A stretch of 64,000 nucleotides of DNA from Octopus vulgaris (GCA_951406725.2 OX597816.1:80662001-80726000); one strand, 5' to 3'; counted from the stretch's first letter, positions 13,793-27,849 are shown. Translations and numbers: made by a program. Notes: generated by a model not told the origin, from the sequence alone.

Positions 13793-15330
13793 TGTCTTGT
13801 ATCGAACACCAGACACGCAAACTTGGTTGGCACTGCTCTAAAAGTATATGAAGCGGTGACAGGAGCAAAAATTGACCGAAAAATGTCAGGACTTGGAGAG
13901 ACAGGTCCATGCCGTTCAATAACGACGTGGGTACTGGACTGAGGGACCAGTTAAATTGCTCGGGTCTGGTTTCGATTGGTCCAGATGTGCAGGAGGAGAA
14001 GAACGGGAACGAGGTGACGGGAATGATGGCTAATCTAACCCAGAAATAGGCTGATAGAAAGCTATCCCTGAAAGGTCGCGCAGAGGTGGCGAATGCTTAC
14101 ATCGACTCCGTAATATATTATCGCATGACTGTCATGCAATGCACCAGTTTACGTCCGACCAAAATGGAGCGCGTATTCTCCTGCTTTCTGTTGAAGGCGC
14201 GCGTTCCACTGCTCAGGTCCTCCATTTGCTGTTGACTCTCGCTTAATGGAGGGGTGGGCATGCAGAGGCAGCTGATGTGCGGACATGAACTGAGGCTGCG
14301 ACATTTCTAATGCTTCCTTGACGGTGAACAGGTGTGATGGCCGTTTGTCGGACTGTATTTTCCACAGCTCGTCTCTTTGTCTGAACTACAGTTCTGGATC
14401 AAGCGTGGACCGAGGAATAGCGCCAGGCACTTAGAGTCATAATCCTATCAGTAGGGCAATGCAGTCGGGGGAAGTTCCACTTAAACGTGGTATAGAGTGT
14501 TAGTGGTGGGAAAGAGCGATGATGCTCTCGGAGAGTCTCTGGACGTCGACGAGAATTGGTTAGCTGGTCTGTACCGGAGGAATTTCGAGCCGGAGCCTAT
14601 GAATAACTTCCAGAATTGCTTGGCCTGACAGTGCTACCCGGGAGTATTGCTACTCTACAGGCATAGAAGTGCTATTGGCCGGGCTTGCCCGTGATGCCCG
14701 CAGAGTAACGAAACTGTTCTGCACTCCCTTGTCCAGTGCCTGAGCATTGCTGACTTGTGGGTTTATGTTGAACACCTGCTGTCGCTTGTAGAACAGATCC
14801 GGCAGAGTCCATCGCAAAAAATCTTCTCGCCGACTTCCTTTGGCCGGGAAGGGCAGGCAGTATTTCTTTGTCTAGTTGCCTTAGCGAAAGAAGTTGTGTG
14901 GTGGACCAGGCTGAGAGGACTGAAGACAGATGATTTGACCAAGCCCTCGTCATCTTTTTCAGGTTACACTTGAAAAGAAAAGCAAGAGTAGAAAAGGAAG
15001 TACAGCCTCCCAGATATTTTGTTATATGGTGGATGGATGTAGCGCGAATGGCCCGAGCGAACGGGCCTATTGTAAGCCTGAGCCACTGAATAGAGGGTAG
15101 AAGAAGAGGAGAGGATGCCTGCTTTAAAGATCAGGGCGATCGTGGTCTTTGGGAAGTTTCCACGAGTAGCCCTTCGTAGTCTCCCTCTTTTGGGGGGTTT
15201 TAATTATTGTAACTTTCATCATCCTTTTATATGCTCTTTTTTGTATTGTATTGTGCCACTCTTTGTGTACTGTATCGTTCTATACTGTCCCCAATTTTTC
15301 CTGTATGAACCATCAGTGGTTAATAAAGAA
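13793..15330 (+). mobile_element. 5'-truncated, degenerate L1/Tx1-type LINE (end of RT to C-terminus plus 3' UTR)
   Basis: Fragments LVGTALKVYEAVTGAKIDRKMS and RKLSLKGRAEVANAYIDSVIYYRMTV match the L1/Tx1 patterns Y...SGAKIN..KS and W....LSL.GR....N. Many stops and frameshifts. T-rich 3' UTR, AATAAA at ~15322, then (ATT)n. Confidence 0.85.
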
Positions 15331-15446
15331 ATTATTATTATTATTATTATCATTATTATTATTATTATTTCAGATACTGGGATCGATATGATTTAAGTAC
15401 AGCTTCCTCCGAACTTGCTGGCCTTGTGCCAAAATTATCATTATTA

Positions 15447-16690
15447 TTTACGACGTTGCACAGTATCCAATATTGTTCATTGAAGATATTGTGTCTACTG
15501 GGGGTTTGTAATGTCTGTCAAGTCACAACAAGGGCTTCAGACAGACAGTACTTTACGCAATACGCATGCAGTTCCAAGTAATACCGATTTTTACAATACA
15601 CCTAGATTGTAGGGTATTTCTAAAGTGACCAGATGATTTTTCAGGTTGTGTGGTTTTGAGTCCAATGCTCCGATAATAATAGGAACAAACTTTATGTTGG
15701 ACTCCCGTAGCTGCCACATCTTGGCGATCTTATTTCTTAGGTCTCCATATTTATCAACGTTTTCTCCTTCTTTCATGATAACATGTTGATCTCCTGGCAC
15801 TAACACGTCGGTTATTTGACACACCTGTTTGTCCCTCCTAAAGCTTATTATATCCGGCCTTCGGTGCTCTAACACCTTATCTGTCCGGAAGTCAAAGTTC
15901 CAGAGGAATTTTGCTTACTCCTTTTCGTCCATTGCTTTTTCTGGTGTATTAGCTTGTATCTATACTTACAGCATAGTGGCCAGTGAAGGTTTGGGGCTAC
16001 CTTGTCATATGTGCGCTTGTTCTCTTTCTGCGCAAGACTTTCACAAGCACTAACAATATGAGTCACGCTTTCGAACCTCTTTCCACACATTCTGCAGAGG
16101 TTCGTTGCACTTGAATGGTCTATATCCCTTTTCACTGAGTTTCTATTTAATGCCTGGTCCTACGCAGCTATGGTTGGGCTTTCAATCTTCTTTTTTAGGT
16201 CATCCTTGCTGAGCCACCTCCATGATGCTTCGTGACCATGCATTTCTATGCGGAGTAGGGTTTCTTCTCTCTCGTTGGCTGTTCGTGATCGGAATTCATG
16301 AGCACTCAGAAGACCGTTTTTAGTAAATCCTTCTGCTTACTGTAGCAGGCCTTGTTTGCTGTTTAGCAAATATTCTACCATGTTTCTCCTTTCACAGTTG
16401 GTGGACTCCTGTAGCTAATCAGCCTGCATCCACCTTTACACCTCTTCATGTAGAGCATGTGCACGTTCGCCCTACAGTGGATGGCACCATGCATTGTCAT
16501 TGCCTTTCGAGTAGTGCGATCGAGTTGGATTATCTCCGCTTGAGTCCATTTCAGGATGGGTACACCATAGCGGACTACAGCAACAGCTCATATGATGACA
16601 GCAGTTATAAGGTTCCATGAGTTGAGTTTTGATTTCAAGAGAAGTTTGAGGCGCTTCAAATATGCAGTAATACCTTGTCTTTCATTTCAA
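15447..16690 (-). mobile_element. 5'-truncated Dong/R4-like LINE (zinc knuckle plus RLE endonuclease), pseudogenised
   Basis: ORF pieces CRMCGKRFESVTHIVSACESLAQKE (CCHC knuckle) and EHRRPDII..DKQVCQITDVLVPGD...KEGENVDKYGDL...KFVPIIIGALD (PD..D..K RLE motif), ending LLGTACVLRKVLSV*. ATT repeats at both junctions. Confidence 0.92.
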
Positions 16691-16701
16691 ATTATCATAT
16701 T

Positions 16702-16763
<62 letters not shown>

Positions 16764-16764
<1 letters not shown>

Positions 16765-17320
16765 GAGTGAGAGAGCAGTGCATGCCATCAAAGTGGCATA
16801 GGGGTAAAACATACGAAGCCTAGTATACCCATCATGACAACTCATCTGATAAGGGTACGCTTGGCACATGCATCACAGCCATATGTGCGCGACATGGTGA
16901 TCTCATATCAAGATAAACAGCACATGACCTTGCAGGTGGGGCCCAGTTAGAATTTTCTTCTGGTCGAGTAACCCATCCCGCTCAAAAGGTCCCTGAATGA
17001 GGGTTGTTTAAACATGTTGAACAAAACACCCACATTTTCAGAGGTGAATTATTCAAACCCCAAAGAATCCCTCTCAACACATGGTGACGATGCTCCCCCA
17101 CTAATTATGCTTGTGATCAGAGATGCACATATCGTCAGCCACTAAGAGACATGCTCAACTGGTTATGGTCGAACAACTGACAAGCAAATCTGTAGTATTG
17201 AGCAGAATATTTGCTGTAGCCTATCTTTTATACCAAGACAAAACAATATACATGATAACACTTCCAATCAGTTAAGATCAGAAGCCACGAGAGCCACTGG
17301 CTGGTACAGTATCAGGGCAT
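16764..17320. mobile_element. Unclassified ~560-bp insert within an (ATT)n tract
   Basis: Complex, higher-GC sequence with sharp boundaries between (ATT)n 16690-16763 and (ATT)n 17321-17363. No recognisable ORF or TIR. Confidence 0.5.
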
Positions 17321-17327
17321 TTATTAA

Positions 17328-17364
<37 letters not shown>

Positions 17365-18379
17365 TAGATAAAAAATTTGCATGGATTTTACACTGTAACT
17401 TACATTCCAGGAAAACTAGATTTATGATTAATACGCTGGAATAAATGTCAGCAAAAAAGAGAGTGTGGAAGTAAGAAAGAATGGTTAGGAATGACAACCC
17501 TCTTGCGCAAATTCTGCAGTGGAAATAGAGAAACACTTCATCATCCGCTGGTCAGACGCATAGAAGACTTGTTTGTAATAATAATGGTAACATACATTAC
17601 AATACAGTGGCGTCCTTGGCAATTTGAATGGGTGAAATAAGAAGCGTTGCTTTGAAAAAATCCAATATGGTATAAAACGAAATGAAAAGAGGAAGTTGTA
17701 CCATCAGAGAAAGAAATAGAAACAGTAACAGTTGCGAATTTGGATTATATTTGTGTAACTCAATCACAGCCATAAGATGGGTTTCAAGTTTAGAGAATAT
17801 CCACTGGAAGGGGAAATAAATTATCGATATTCTCAGTCCCATTGAGAAAACAAAAATTAACGCCAGTAAAAGAAAGTTTGAGAAAGTGCCAAGTAGGCTT
17901 TGAAATATGTGAATTAGTAGGAGAATGTAGAGTCTATGTGGAAATACAAGCTGGGTTGTAAAGGAAAGATAATTGTTGAAGGTGAAGTGTATAAAGATTC
18001 AGAATATTGTGTTATTCATGTACAATTGAAATAATGCTGTCTAAGTACTGCCGGGACTTTTGGAAACCGACAGAAACTCCAGTTACAGACGGTTAATAAG
18101 ATTTTAGAAAACTGGCATCTTTTGCCAACTATGAGATGTTACTAAATAACAATAACAATAAGGAAGTGGTGATTAAGAAACTGAAGAATGAAAGACAATG
18201 AAAACAACGATGTTAATTATGGTGAAGGAGAAGGAGAAAGGGAAATAAAAAGAAAACATGAAGTTGTAGTGGAAGATATGAAAATTCAAAACATTTGATA
18301 ATCGAATAGAAAGTGACTTTGTCATAAATTCGAAAATATCTGGATGATATTTTCGAATATATATGGAAGTTATAGATAA

Positions 18380-19718
18380 CACTGGTCAACAACAAAAAGT
18401 ATTTTAATGGTGTCGAGACACCAAACATCTATTTTAGCTAACTTGAGAGCGATGAATCTGAAAATGACCTTACTTTTTCTTGGTTGGCAACCGTTTTTGC
18501 TGTACAGAAATGCCACGTTTTGGGGGAGAAAAAGCATTTTTTTTCATTTGTTTTCTGTATATCTGATATTGATCAATAGCTATATTTCTCGAAGTAAATG
18601 CGTTTCTTTTGGTTCGGTCCCGAAACACCCACTGAGCAGAAGTAACATTCGTCAGAGTAGTTTTTGGCTCACACCAGATCATAGGCATAGCAAATCTCAG
18701 GGATTTTAGGGTACCTGAAGGCCATTTCTCATGTGTTCGAAACATGTCTTGCAAACAATGTAAGGGGCCGATGATTTGTCCTGATCATCAAGCTCGACAT
18801 GAAAGTAAACACTATAGGCTTTCTTGTAAAAGTCAGATATCGGTTTCCTGTTGGCTTTCGGATGCATGTATTGTAAAATAAGTTGGGGTCATTTTTGGAT
18901 CCTCTCGTTGAAGCCATGTCATTTGATATCTACCTCTATGATTAAATAAGAACATGAGCTGGTTGAGCATTTACATTAAATCTTGCGTGTTCACATTTAG
19001 GTAATTCGATCTTTCCTAATGTCCTACGGAAAGACTCGCAATACTGTCAATAACAAAAGACAGAAAGAGTCGTTACGCTGACACTACTTCGTTCTTCGTA
19101 ATCCAGCGTGGAGGGCAGGTGTTATGGTGAAACCATTTTCATGATGTTCATCATGTACAATGGAATAGGTGCATTCAACTGGGATATCTTTAGTTGGAGT
19201 TTTTTTCCAACTGTGAAAAAAAAAAAGCTCTTAATGTGCTTGGTGTCCTTCCGTATTGAAGAGATAAAAGTGATGGGATAAATTTATGAATATCAAACAA
19301 GATTTCTTAAGTTTCATTTTTTTCGATTTCACTTTAATTTTCAGGTTTACTAAAGTGTATTACTGATAAAGTTGATCAGTTAATTTGTATTTTATGAATA
19401 AATTGGAAAAATTCGGTACTTCTATGTTAAAGGTTTTGACTTAAAAACACTTTTTTCTTATAAAAATAGTTTATTTCAGGTGGCTGACACAAATTGCTCG
19501 GCCTACCTGAAAATTCATGGGTTTCTACAACTTTTTTTAACTAAATTTTTCGTTCAGCCAAGATCGTAAATTGATCTTTTATCCAAAAATGTGCAATTTC
19601 AGTACAAAGCAAACTGTAGCTAACTATGAAAAACTAAGGTCATTTTCAGAATCAGCACCATCAAATTAGCAAAAACACGTGTTTTGTTTCTTGGCACCAA
19701 AAATCGTGTCGACCAGTG
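18380..19718 (-). mobile_element. Internally deleted Chapaev3-like DNA transposon
   Basis: Degenerate ~100-bp TIRs beginning CACTGGTC.ACA and sharing TCTGAAAATGACCTTA.TTTT. Frameshifted transposase N-terminus at 18600-18917: MASTRGSKNDPNLF..FYKKAYSVYFHVELDDQDKSSAPYIVCKTC..W..G..KSLRFAMPMIWCEPK, matching the Chapaev3 motifs GDQDK.WAPH..C..C and FA.PM.WREP. Confidence 0.85.
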
Positions 19719-20081
19719 AATTGCATTAACAGGCGAAGGAAGTAGGAAAAATACTCCAAAGGAAGTTTTATCGAAGAAATAACAAATGAAATATCAACAC
19801 TGACATTTTAACATGTACATAGGAAACGAGACTTCTTGGAGCAACAAAGGGAGCTTCTAGCGGGAGAGATGTTGGTAGTCAACTATCGCAGGGGAGAAAT
19901 TCCCTTGTAGATTAAAACAATGCAGAATTTGAATTTTGAATCAAGAAGTTAAGAAGGCGCACATACTAGCATATGTGTGGCTGTGTGGCTGCTTCCCGAT
20001 ATTGGCTGTGTAATTTTCTTTGTCAACGAAGGAGACATAGAAAGAACGATAGAAGTGAAGAAAGAAAGAAAGAAAGAAGGA

Positions 20082-20116
<35 letters not shown>

Positions 20117-20481
20117 GAAGAAAGGAAGAAAAGAGAAAAGAAGAAAGGGAAAGGAAAATGAAGGTGATAAATATGAAAAATTTATAGACAATGCGTAAGT
20201 CGAAATCATTGTAAGAAGTTATTGAATGCGAAAGTACGGCAAGAAGATTCTCTGCAGTGTTTATCACCTGTAACCCGTACACATAATAAATCAACAAAAA
20301 TCTAATCCCCTTAGTAAGCAAACTAACTGAAGAAACCACCAAGCAAACCAACTGAAGAAACGTCTCTCAAGTTATCTGCTTAACTTTGTTTAATATTGTA
20401 TGCCACACAAACACACGCACTCACACATGCATGTACACGCACTCGCAAACACACACACACACACACAGACACACACACACA

Positions 20482-20535
<54 letters not shown>

Positions 20536-21129
20536 CAAATTTTACTATTTCCGATGTTGAGTTTTCACATTTACCATATATGCGAATTCAATGTATTTGT
20601 CATTGTCTTCATACCTTTGAAATTTGTTACAATAACTTACAATGAAGATCTTTTTCACCCGGTATAGTTTCTAAGCATAGTGCAGTTCCCTCATATCCAG
20701 ATACCCCCACCATTGAAATGCATTCATATACATATACAAACGAACTCGAGTAAACGATTCGTATCCACGCGCAACTAGATAAGTTTTAATCTTTCACATA
20801 TAACCTGAACGTAAAATATAAATTGGATCTGCTACATAGTCGTACCGACAGATAAAAATAGCTGCAATATTTTACACAACTCTTACATACGCCTCTAAGT
20901 TACAAAGATGAAATACACATTAAAAATATATCTCTAGACAACATGTAATAAACTCAACGGCACGACTGGATTGCATTTCATCAATTGTACTCATCAATGG
21001 TTCTAAACAATATCAGAGGTAATAAGATGCTGCGCCTTTCAACGCTAAATTAAAACATCTTTTAAAACTGCTCATATGTAGGAAATTATTCTGCTGTTAA
21101 ACGCAAGCGTCATAGACTGAGTCTAAAAG

Positions 21130-21570
21130 AAGGCCTTTCGATGGATTTCAGACCGTGTCTATAATACCGGCTGCTCTCTTAAGGGCCAGAATAGATCTTA
21201 CTAACAATTGCTGACACTCAACAAAACTCAAATGGGGATCGTAATGGAATACTGTTCCCACATTTCGAATGGTGTTTCTTGATACCCACACAAACATCAA
21301 GAGTAATCCAAAGAAGGATTGCATCCAATGAAGGACCACTCAGGTGATTGTATTTCAATTCCTAAGTGACATTCTAGCTTCAAGCCCATAGGCTAGCAGT
21401 TTCTTTTTCTGCATCTTCTATTCCAACAATAATGGTTCCTGTTACTCGGAGTTGTTTGGTGTCGTACCACTCAAGCTCACTCTTCCCTACATTTCCCTAT
21501 TCTTTCCACTGATATCTCGTAGTTCATGACTTTCCTGCAGGTATTGATCTGTGACAGTTCATCTGGAACA
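21130..21570 (+). mobile_element. Degenerate CR1-group LINE 3' fragment
   Basis: Reads QLLTLNKTQMGIVMEYCSHISNG and AHRLAVSFFCIFYSNNNGSCYSELFGVVP, matching the CR1-type ORF2 C-terminus (QLL.LYK..IRP.MEYCSHIW; HRR.V.SL..FY.Y..G.CS.EL). Confidence 0.75.
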
Positions 21571-24391
21571 TTGAATGTGCATTAACCCTTCATTCAGACT
21601 CAGTAAGTAAACAAAAAAAAGTTACTACGATCCACTAAAATCTCCATCCCATAGATACTTTCAGTCCTCTCATTTTTCTCTTCTGATTATTTAAAAATGA
21701 TCTTCCCTCCTTCGAACTCGTTGCCTACATACCCGTATGAGTAGAGCGAGAACTCATTATGAGAAAGAAAAAGAATTAAATATTACGTCAAAACTCGTTA
21801 CAGTTATCAATTATGAGACAATAAACATCTTTTTTTATTAATGAATTATCTGATGCTGCAAAATTTAATGATGGTTTGTTTTCGATTGAAGCACTAAATA
21901 AAATTAGTTGCTATTTAGTTCTAAGTAGGGCAAGTGTTCATCGAGAGGGCAGTAGGCTAAATTCTTTGAATATCGAGAATTTGATACTTTGTATGCCGCT
22001 ATCGGTATTACATTGTGTTTGTAGCAAAGCTGCTTATCTCTCAAGTAACCCAGTTCACGTAAATCTAAATACGTCCCTAATTTTGAGAACACAGCACTGT
22101 TCTGTAAAACTTGATGAATTTTGTTAGCTTGCTGAGTTGCATTAGCCTGGTCAGTGTAACTCGCAAATTGCTTTGGACTATGGTTAGCTAACTTGCATGA
22201 GGCACTCCATAATGATATTTATATCCGCCTAGTAGCCCAAGTGTTAGCTGCTACGTAATATGTAAGCAGCTAAGTATTGAGATCATAACTAAAATTTGCA
22301 AGTCTTACTATTCCATTTAAATTTTATTTTAGATATGTCGTGTCTATGTAGAGTTCTCATTAAGCAGTAGAAGTCGGTGTTGTTCGGAAGTACTTTATTA
22401 GTTGTTAAGTGTGAGTTAAAAACAGTTAGTCGGGGCAAAACGTTGTCATGAAGCTTCATAACGCAGTCATATTTAACAATTTCAGTATTTGTTTAACTGC
22501 TCCGTCACAATGAGCTCAGTCGGAAGTATTTTTATCTATCTTAAATACAAAATTCGAAGTCTGCCATAGTACGAATTAATATCATCGTATTTAGGTGTCG
22601 AACAAGCAGTACAGAGAGTCTAGATAAGCTCACTACTTACTGTACATATTCGTCTACAAGACAATAATTTTTTTTTCAACTGGTTTTAAACATTACAGTT
22701 TCGTCTAGACATTAAAGAACGGCCATTAGTGACAAACATAACCTTCTATCATACCAATTTCTCTGTGAATTACGTGGTTATGGCGTGGTTAGTATGACAA
22801 CTATTTTTATGAGTGAAAGCCATTGTTCAAAGAATCGACAAGAGATATATTAATCTTAGTTATAGAGAGTCCTTATGAAGAAATATTTTTTTGTATATCG
22901 CAAAAAGGTCACCTAACAAGGCCAACGAAGATAGTCAATTTCAGGATTTTCAAAGGCATTTCGAAAACTTATTGAAAGTAAACAATAACATTGGAGCAGA
23001 TGGGGCGCAAGCTAAAGGAATTACCTTTAAAAGTTTAGAAAACTGACCGTCGTTACTACAGAGATTTTTGTCTTTGAAAAATTCTTTTGATCCATATCAA
23101 AGAGAAATATGATAAAGTGCATTATTTTATCACAAACACTAATGGCTTTTTTTTCCAAATTCTATAAAATGTTTAGTAATAAAATCTGGTGGCCTAAAAC
23201 AGAAACAATGTCGATCATCGTGCTAGATGTTTTATGACTTATAATATCTACATAGTAATTCAATTCGGTTTTGGGGCTTCCGAGAGTTCGTATTCTGCAT
23301 GTGTTGCGTCTGTAACCAACAGAAGTAATTCTCAAGTGATTCAGTCAATTAATATAACTGTATATATGTACCACATAAGAGAATATTTTAAGAAGAAAAA
23401 GTGGCAAAGTACAGGAAAACTGACGAAAGTTTCGACAACTTTCGAATTGTTTAAAGGTTGAATATTTTAAAAGCTACAAGATATATCCAGACTTGTTTAG
23501 CCTATGGTTTGCGCAACTACCACGCAATAAAACTTATAGTTCCAAATTCTAACCATCTGTGGATAGCAAGAGAAATGATGGGAACTGGACTGCAAAAGGT
23601 TGATCAAAATGCCTAAAAATTTTTTCGGGCTTCTGAATTCATATTCCACAAAATATGATAACACATTCCATATCGTTGAAGTTAAAGTAAAAGCCAATTT
23701 ACCTACTTTCTTAAAACCATAAATACATACAATATATGTAATATATTAACTGTAATTACTACTCTCCCTAAAATAATATTCAAAAGTCATAAGTATTTCT
23801 GATGGCTAGAATCTTGTCTGATTTTGTAAAGGAAAATGAATAGAGCTACAGTGGACAATTTATCGATTCCAAAGATAAGCAAAATTAAAGCTGACCTCAA
23901 CATATTTGAACTCAGACTGATAGACATTGAAGTTGATATTACAATACATCTAAATTGATCTACTGCATCGTCGCTTCCACTAATTTTATCGGTCACATAT
24001 ATATATTTGTTTTGACAAGAAATTTGAATACTGCAAGGCATTTTTCCAAAAAGGCGAACGTTTTAGTGCCAGAAATTATTTTTTTTTGACTAAGCATTGG
24101 ACAAATGTTTTCGTCTCCGGGGTTGTATACAAGTTAACTGAGTTCACGATATAACCAATATTCATTTGTAACAATATTTGAGGGACAGGTTCCAAAGTGG
24201 ACCATGACAGGGGTCAAACAGAGATATAGCATTATGAAATCAGATATTCTTTCGTTTTTTTCTGAAATCCCCAAAGCTTCTATCGACTGCAAACAGATTT
24301 CAAGCCCGAATATTTATTGAGACAATGCTCAAAATTGTCTCCCATACTTGCTTTAAACCTGAAAACAATATTACTCATTGATTATTATTAC

Positions 24392-24442
<51 letters not shown>

Positions 24443-24464
24443 TATTATTATTTATACTATTATT

Positions 24465-24657
24465 GCACGCCGGGCAAGATTCTTAGTAGCATTTCATCCA
24501 TCTGCACGTTCTGAGTTCAAATTCCGCCGAGGTCAACTTTGCTTGTCATCTTTTCGGAGTCGATAAAATAAGTACCAGTTGAGCATTGAGTTCTATGTAA
24601 TCGAAGTACAGCCTTCCTCGAATTTGCTGGCCTTGTGCCAAGACTTGAAACCAATAT
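24465..24657 (+). mobile_element. SINE family 1 copy
   Basis: GTTCTGAGTTCAAATTCCGCCGAGGTCAACTTTGC..GTCGATAAAATAAGTACCAG; lies directly after (ATT)n. Confidence 0.85.
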
Positions 24658-26185
24658 TACTCGTTGATTGATATTGTGTTCTTCTTCATCATCACATATT
24701 TATTTTTAATTAGATTTGTAATGATCTATGTAAATCTAATTAGAAATGTGTTTTTTTTTAAATCCAATATAATAGTGTATTTTGTTACAAAATTTACAGT
24801 AAAACGGGTCTCATTAAATGCGTGAATAAAAAAAAATCATACGTGTGTATTCTTTCATATACCCACGATACTGTTTGTACATAATCATATTCTGGTGATC
24901 GCTATTTACTCCGCTCTACTTCTTTCTTAGAATCATAACATTTGTGTTTAAAAGAGAGTGTGAACCCAGAATATATTCGCACACGAAACTAAATCTATAG
25001 TTCTGTAAACCTATATTTTTCAGCACGCCATTACGTTTTATAAATGTGAGAATTACTTTTCCAAAGACTGTTTCGTAATATTTCACGTAAAGAACAGTTA
25101 TTAAAAATTATCTTGTTTGTCTACGTAATCTTTTTTTAAAACATTATTATTATTATTGTTGTTTTTGTTGTCATCATCATTCTCATCATCATCGTCGTCG
25201 TCGTCGTCTTTTTTATTATATATTTAATTATTTATTTTACCTGTCAGCTATATGGTACAGATTTCCATATTTAGAGACCTCTTCGATGAACATTATATAA
25301 ATTTCAGAAATGAGACGAATGTAGTCAATACGTTGTGAAAGACTTTATTAGAGGCAATATGCTGCTTGCATCCGGGTCAGTGAAAGTTAATAAAGTGGAT
25401 TAAAGAGCACACATCCTTTCATAAATAAATCATTAAAACCCTTTAGAAATACTAGGCTGTATTGATCCAATGTATAAATTTCAATATAACATTATATTGC
25501 AATTACTGTGTTTCTACAAAGAGCCTAGAGGAAGATATCGGTGGCAATATGCGTGCGGATTCCTCAGAGACAGACACGGCTAAGCTACAGAGGTAGAGAG
25601 GGAGGGCGAGAGAGAGAGACAGAGAGAGAGGGGGTGAGAGGAGAAGGGGAAGTGAAGAGAGTTCGTAAAAAGATATATAGATAGCTATCTAGGTGAAAGA
25701 GAGATGAAATATGCATGTGTGTATGTGGAAGTATACATGTATGTCTGCATGTAAGTATCAGAGATGGAGAGATGAGAAAGAAAGAGAAGTGCATATAGAG
25801 AAGATAGGAATAGAAACAGTGGTGGAGACAGGGATGGAAAAAGAGTTATAGTTGAAAAATAAGGGGGATGAGAGAAATAGAGATCAATAGAATGAGAACG
25901 GGTGGGGAAGAACTGTTAAATAAACAGATATCGTATTATAGGAGACGTGTAGAAAGGGGGAAGAGAGGCGATGGAAAATAGGGAAGTGATAAAGACGAAA
26001 TGACAGAGTGATTGGGTGATTGGAAGGTAGGAGAGTAGAGCGAAATGTAGGAGAGAAAGAGGATAACGGAGAACACAGAGGTATATCGAAAGAGAGTTAA
26101 GTTATAAACAGAGAGAGAAATTTATAAATATACAAAGAACTGAAAGTGTAGCACACACAAACACACAAGCACATACACACGCATA

Positions 26186-26221
<36 letters not shown>

Positions 26222-27849
26222 ACCTTGATTCGAATGAATCCTACATATAATTAATTAATTGATTATACATTTATATCCATATTTATATATACATATATAC
26301 GTATACACACACATACATGCATATATATATATATATATACATGAGGATGGTGAGGGAGATTGATGGGTTTAAGGGAAATTGATATAAGAGAGAAAGAGAT
26401 AGAAAAGAGGACAAAAAGAGAAAGATGACAGCCTTCATATGTGCACGGATGATGTTCAGTCCCATGTCACCCATTGATGAAGAGTTCTATCATTAAAAGC
26501 ATTCCTGCAATGACCTCCCAATCTTGTTTTCACGAATAATATATTTTAGAATTGCCGTATTCAGAGTGTCTTCAATATTTTTCTTTGTATTTATTTTTTC
26601 CTTTTTATGTGATTACGATAGGATGTAATTCGAAGAAAATTTTGGTTACTAATTCTACTAATACTAGCTAGTCAGGTGACAACATTGACACACCCTCGTT
26701 GGCTGTGATGAGTTAGGCTGAGTCATACGGTTTACATATTCGGGTAGAGTGACCATTGATATATGCATGGAGGTTTGTTGTAGTGTGTATAGTTGTATAT
26801 TTGATCATCGCTACGCGTGCAAATGTATGCAGCTAATCTTATACATGTGTCTGTCAGTGTGTGCAGGTGTAGGCAGAACTGACAATATGTGTGTGAAAGA
26901 GACAGACTTACACGTGTGTATACGTGTGCGTGTCCGTGAGCTGTACACACACACACATATATATATATATGTATATATAACAAAAGTGAATAATGGTGTA
27001 TGAAATAACCATTCGAGATGGATTTTTGATTTATTAAAATTATCTTTTGTTCCCTAGAAGGTAGAATGATCACTTGATTGCTTTTTCTATTTTCCATATG
27101 ATAACAGAAGATAAGCTCAAGAGTAAGGAATTCTCCAAAATTGACATTTGTTAGTCCGAATACAACAGGAGAGTTGTTTACATATGTTTCTATCCCAAAA
27201 GTGTTATCCCCACAGCAACTGCTCTACCTTGTGTCTAACAGAACACCATGACTATATATTACAATATATGACGAATTTTTTATTCTAGAGAAGGTAGAAA
27301 TATCGCTTGGTGGTATGTATAATGCGAAAAATAGAGAGAGTGATAGATGAACATGATTAAGAGGGAAAATATTTTAAAAGTGGTGGATGAGTTAAAAGAA
27401 AAACAGAAACAAACGGAACGAAAGATAATGCGAAAGAATGAGAAAGAGAGAACGTGATAGAGACAGGTAGAAGTAATAAGGGTGTAGTGATGACAAGAAA
27501 CAGGTGTGATAAATGCAGATATGCATGCAAATGATAACGAATACCGTTGAGCAAGTGGAAGAAGATAGAGACGAGGAAGATTAAGAATGGAAGTGAGAAA
27601 AGTTGAATGAATCAAACAACTCAAAAAGAAAGGTCATTAATGACTAAGATCAATTGGAGGTGGATAAGAAGAAGAGAATCAAGAGAGACAGAGGTGGGGG
27701 GGAATTAACAGTCAAATGGTGAGAGAAAAACCGGGAGCACCAGTTATCAAGAAACAGGGAAAAGAGAAGGAGAGAATAAAGACCGGAATTTAAAGTACGT
27801 AAGATATATAAAATATATATATATATGCGCATAACATGTGTGTGTGAGA

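Noticed and set aside
17440-18100. Possible very old LINE RT remnant on the minus strand
   Set aside because: Only vague motif resemblance; not supportable without a profile search.
23415-23455. CTGACGA-AAGTT..AACTT-TCGAA as a hammerhead
   Set aside because: No GAAA followed by stem III and no stem I complement.
23451-24356. Possible TTAA-flanked DNA transposon
   Set aside because: Terminal similarity limited to TTAAAG; no convincing TIR or transposase.
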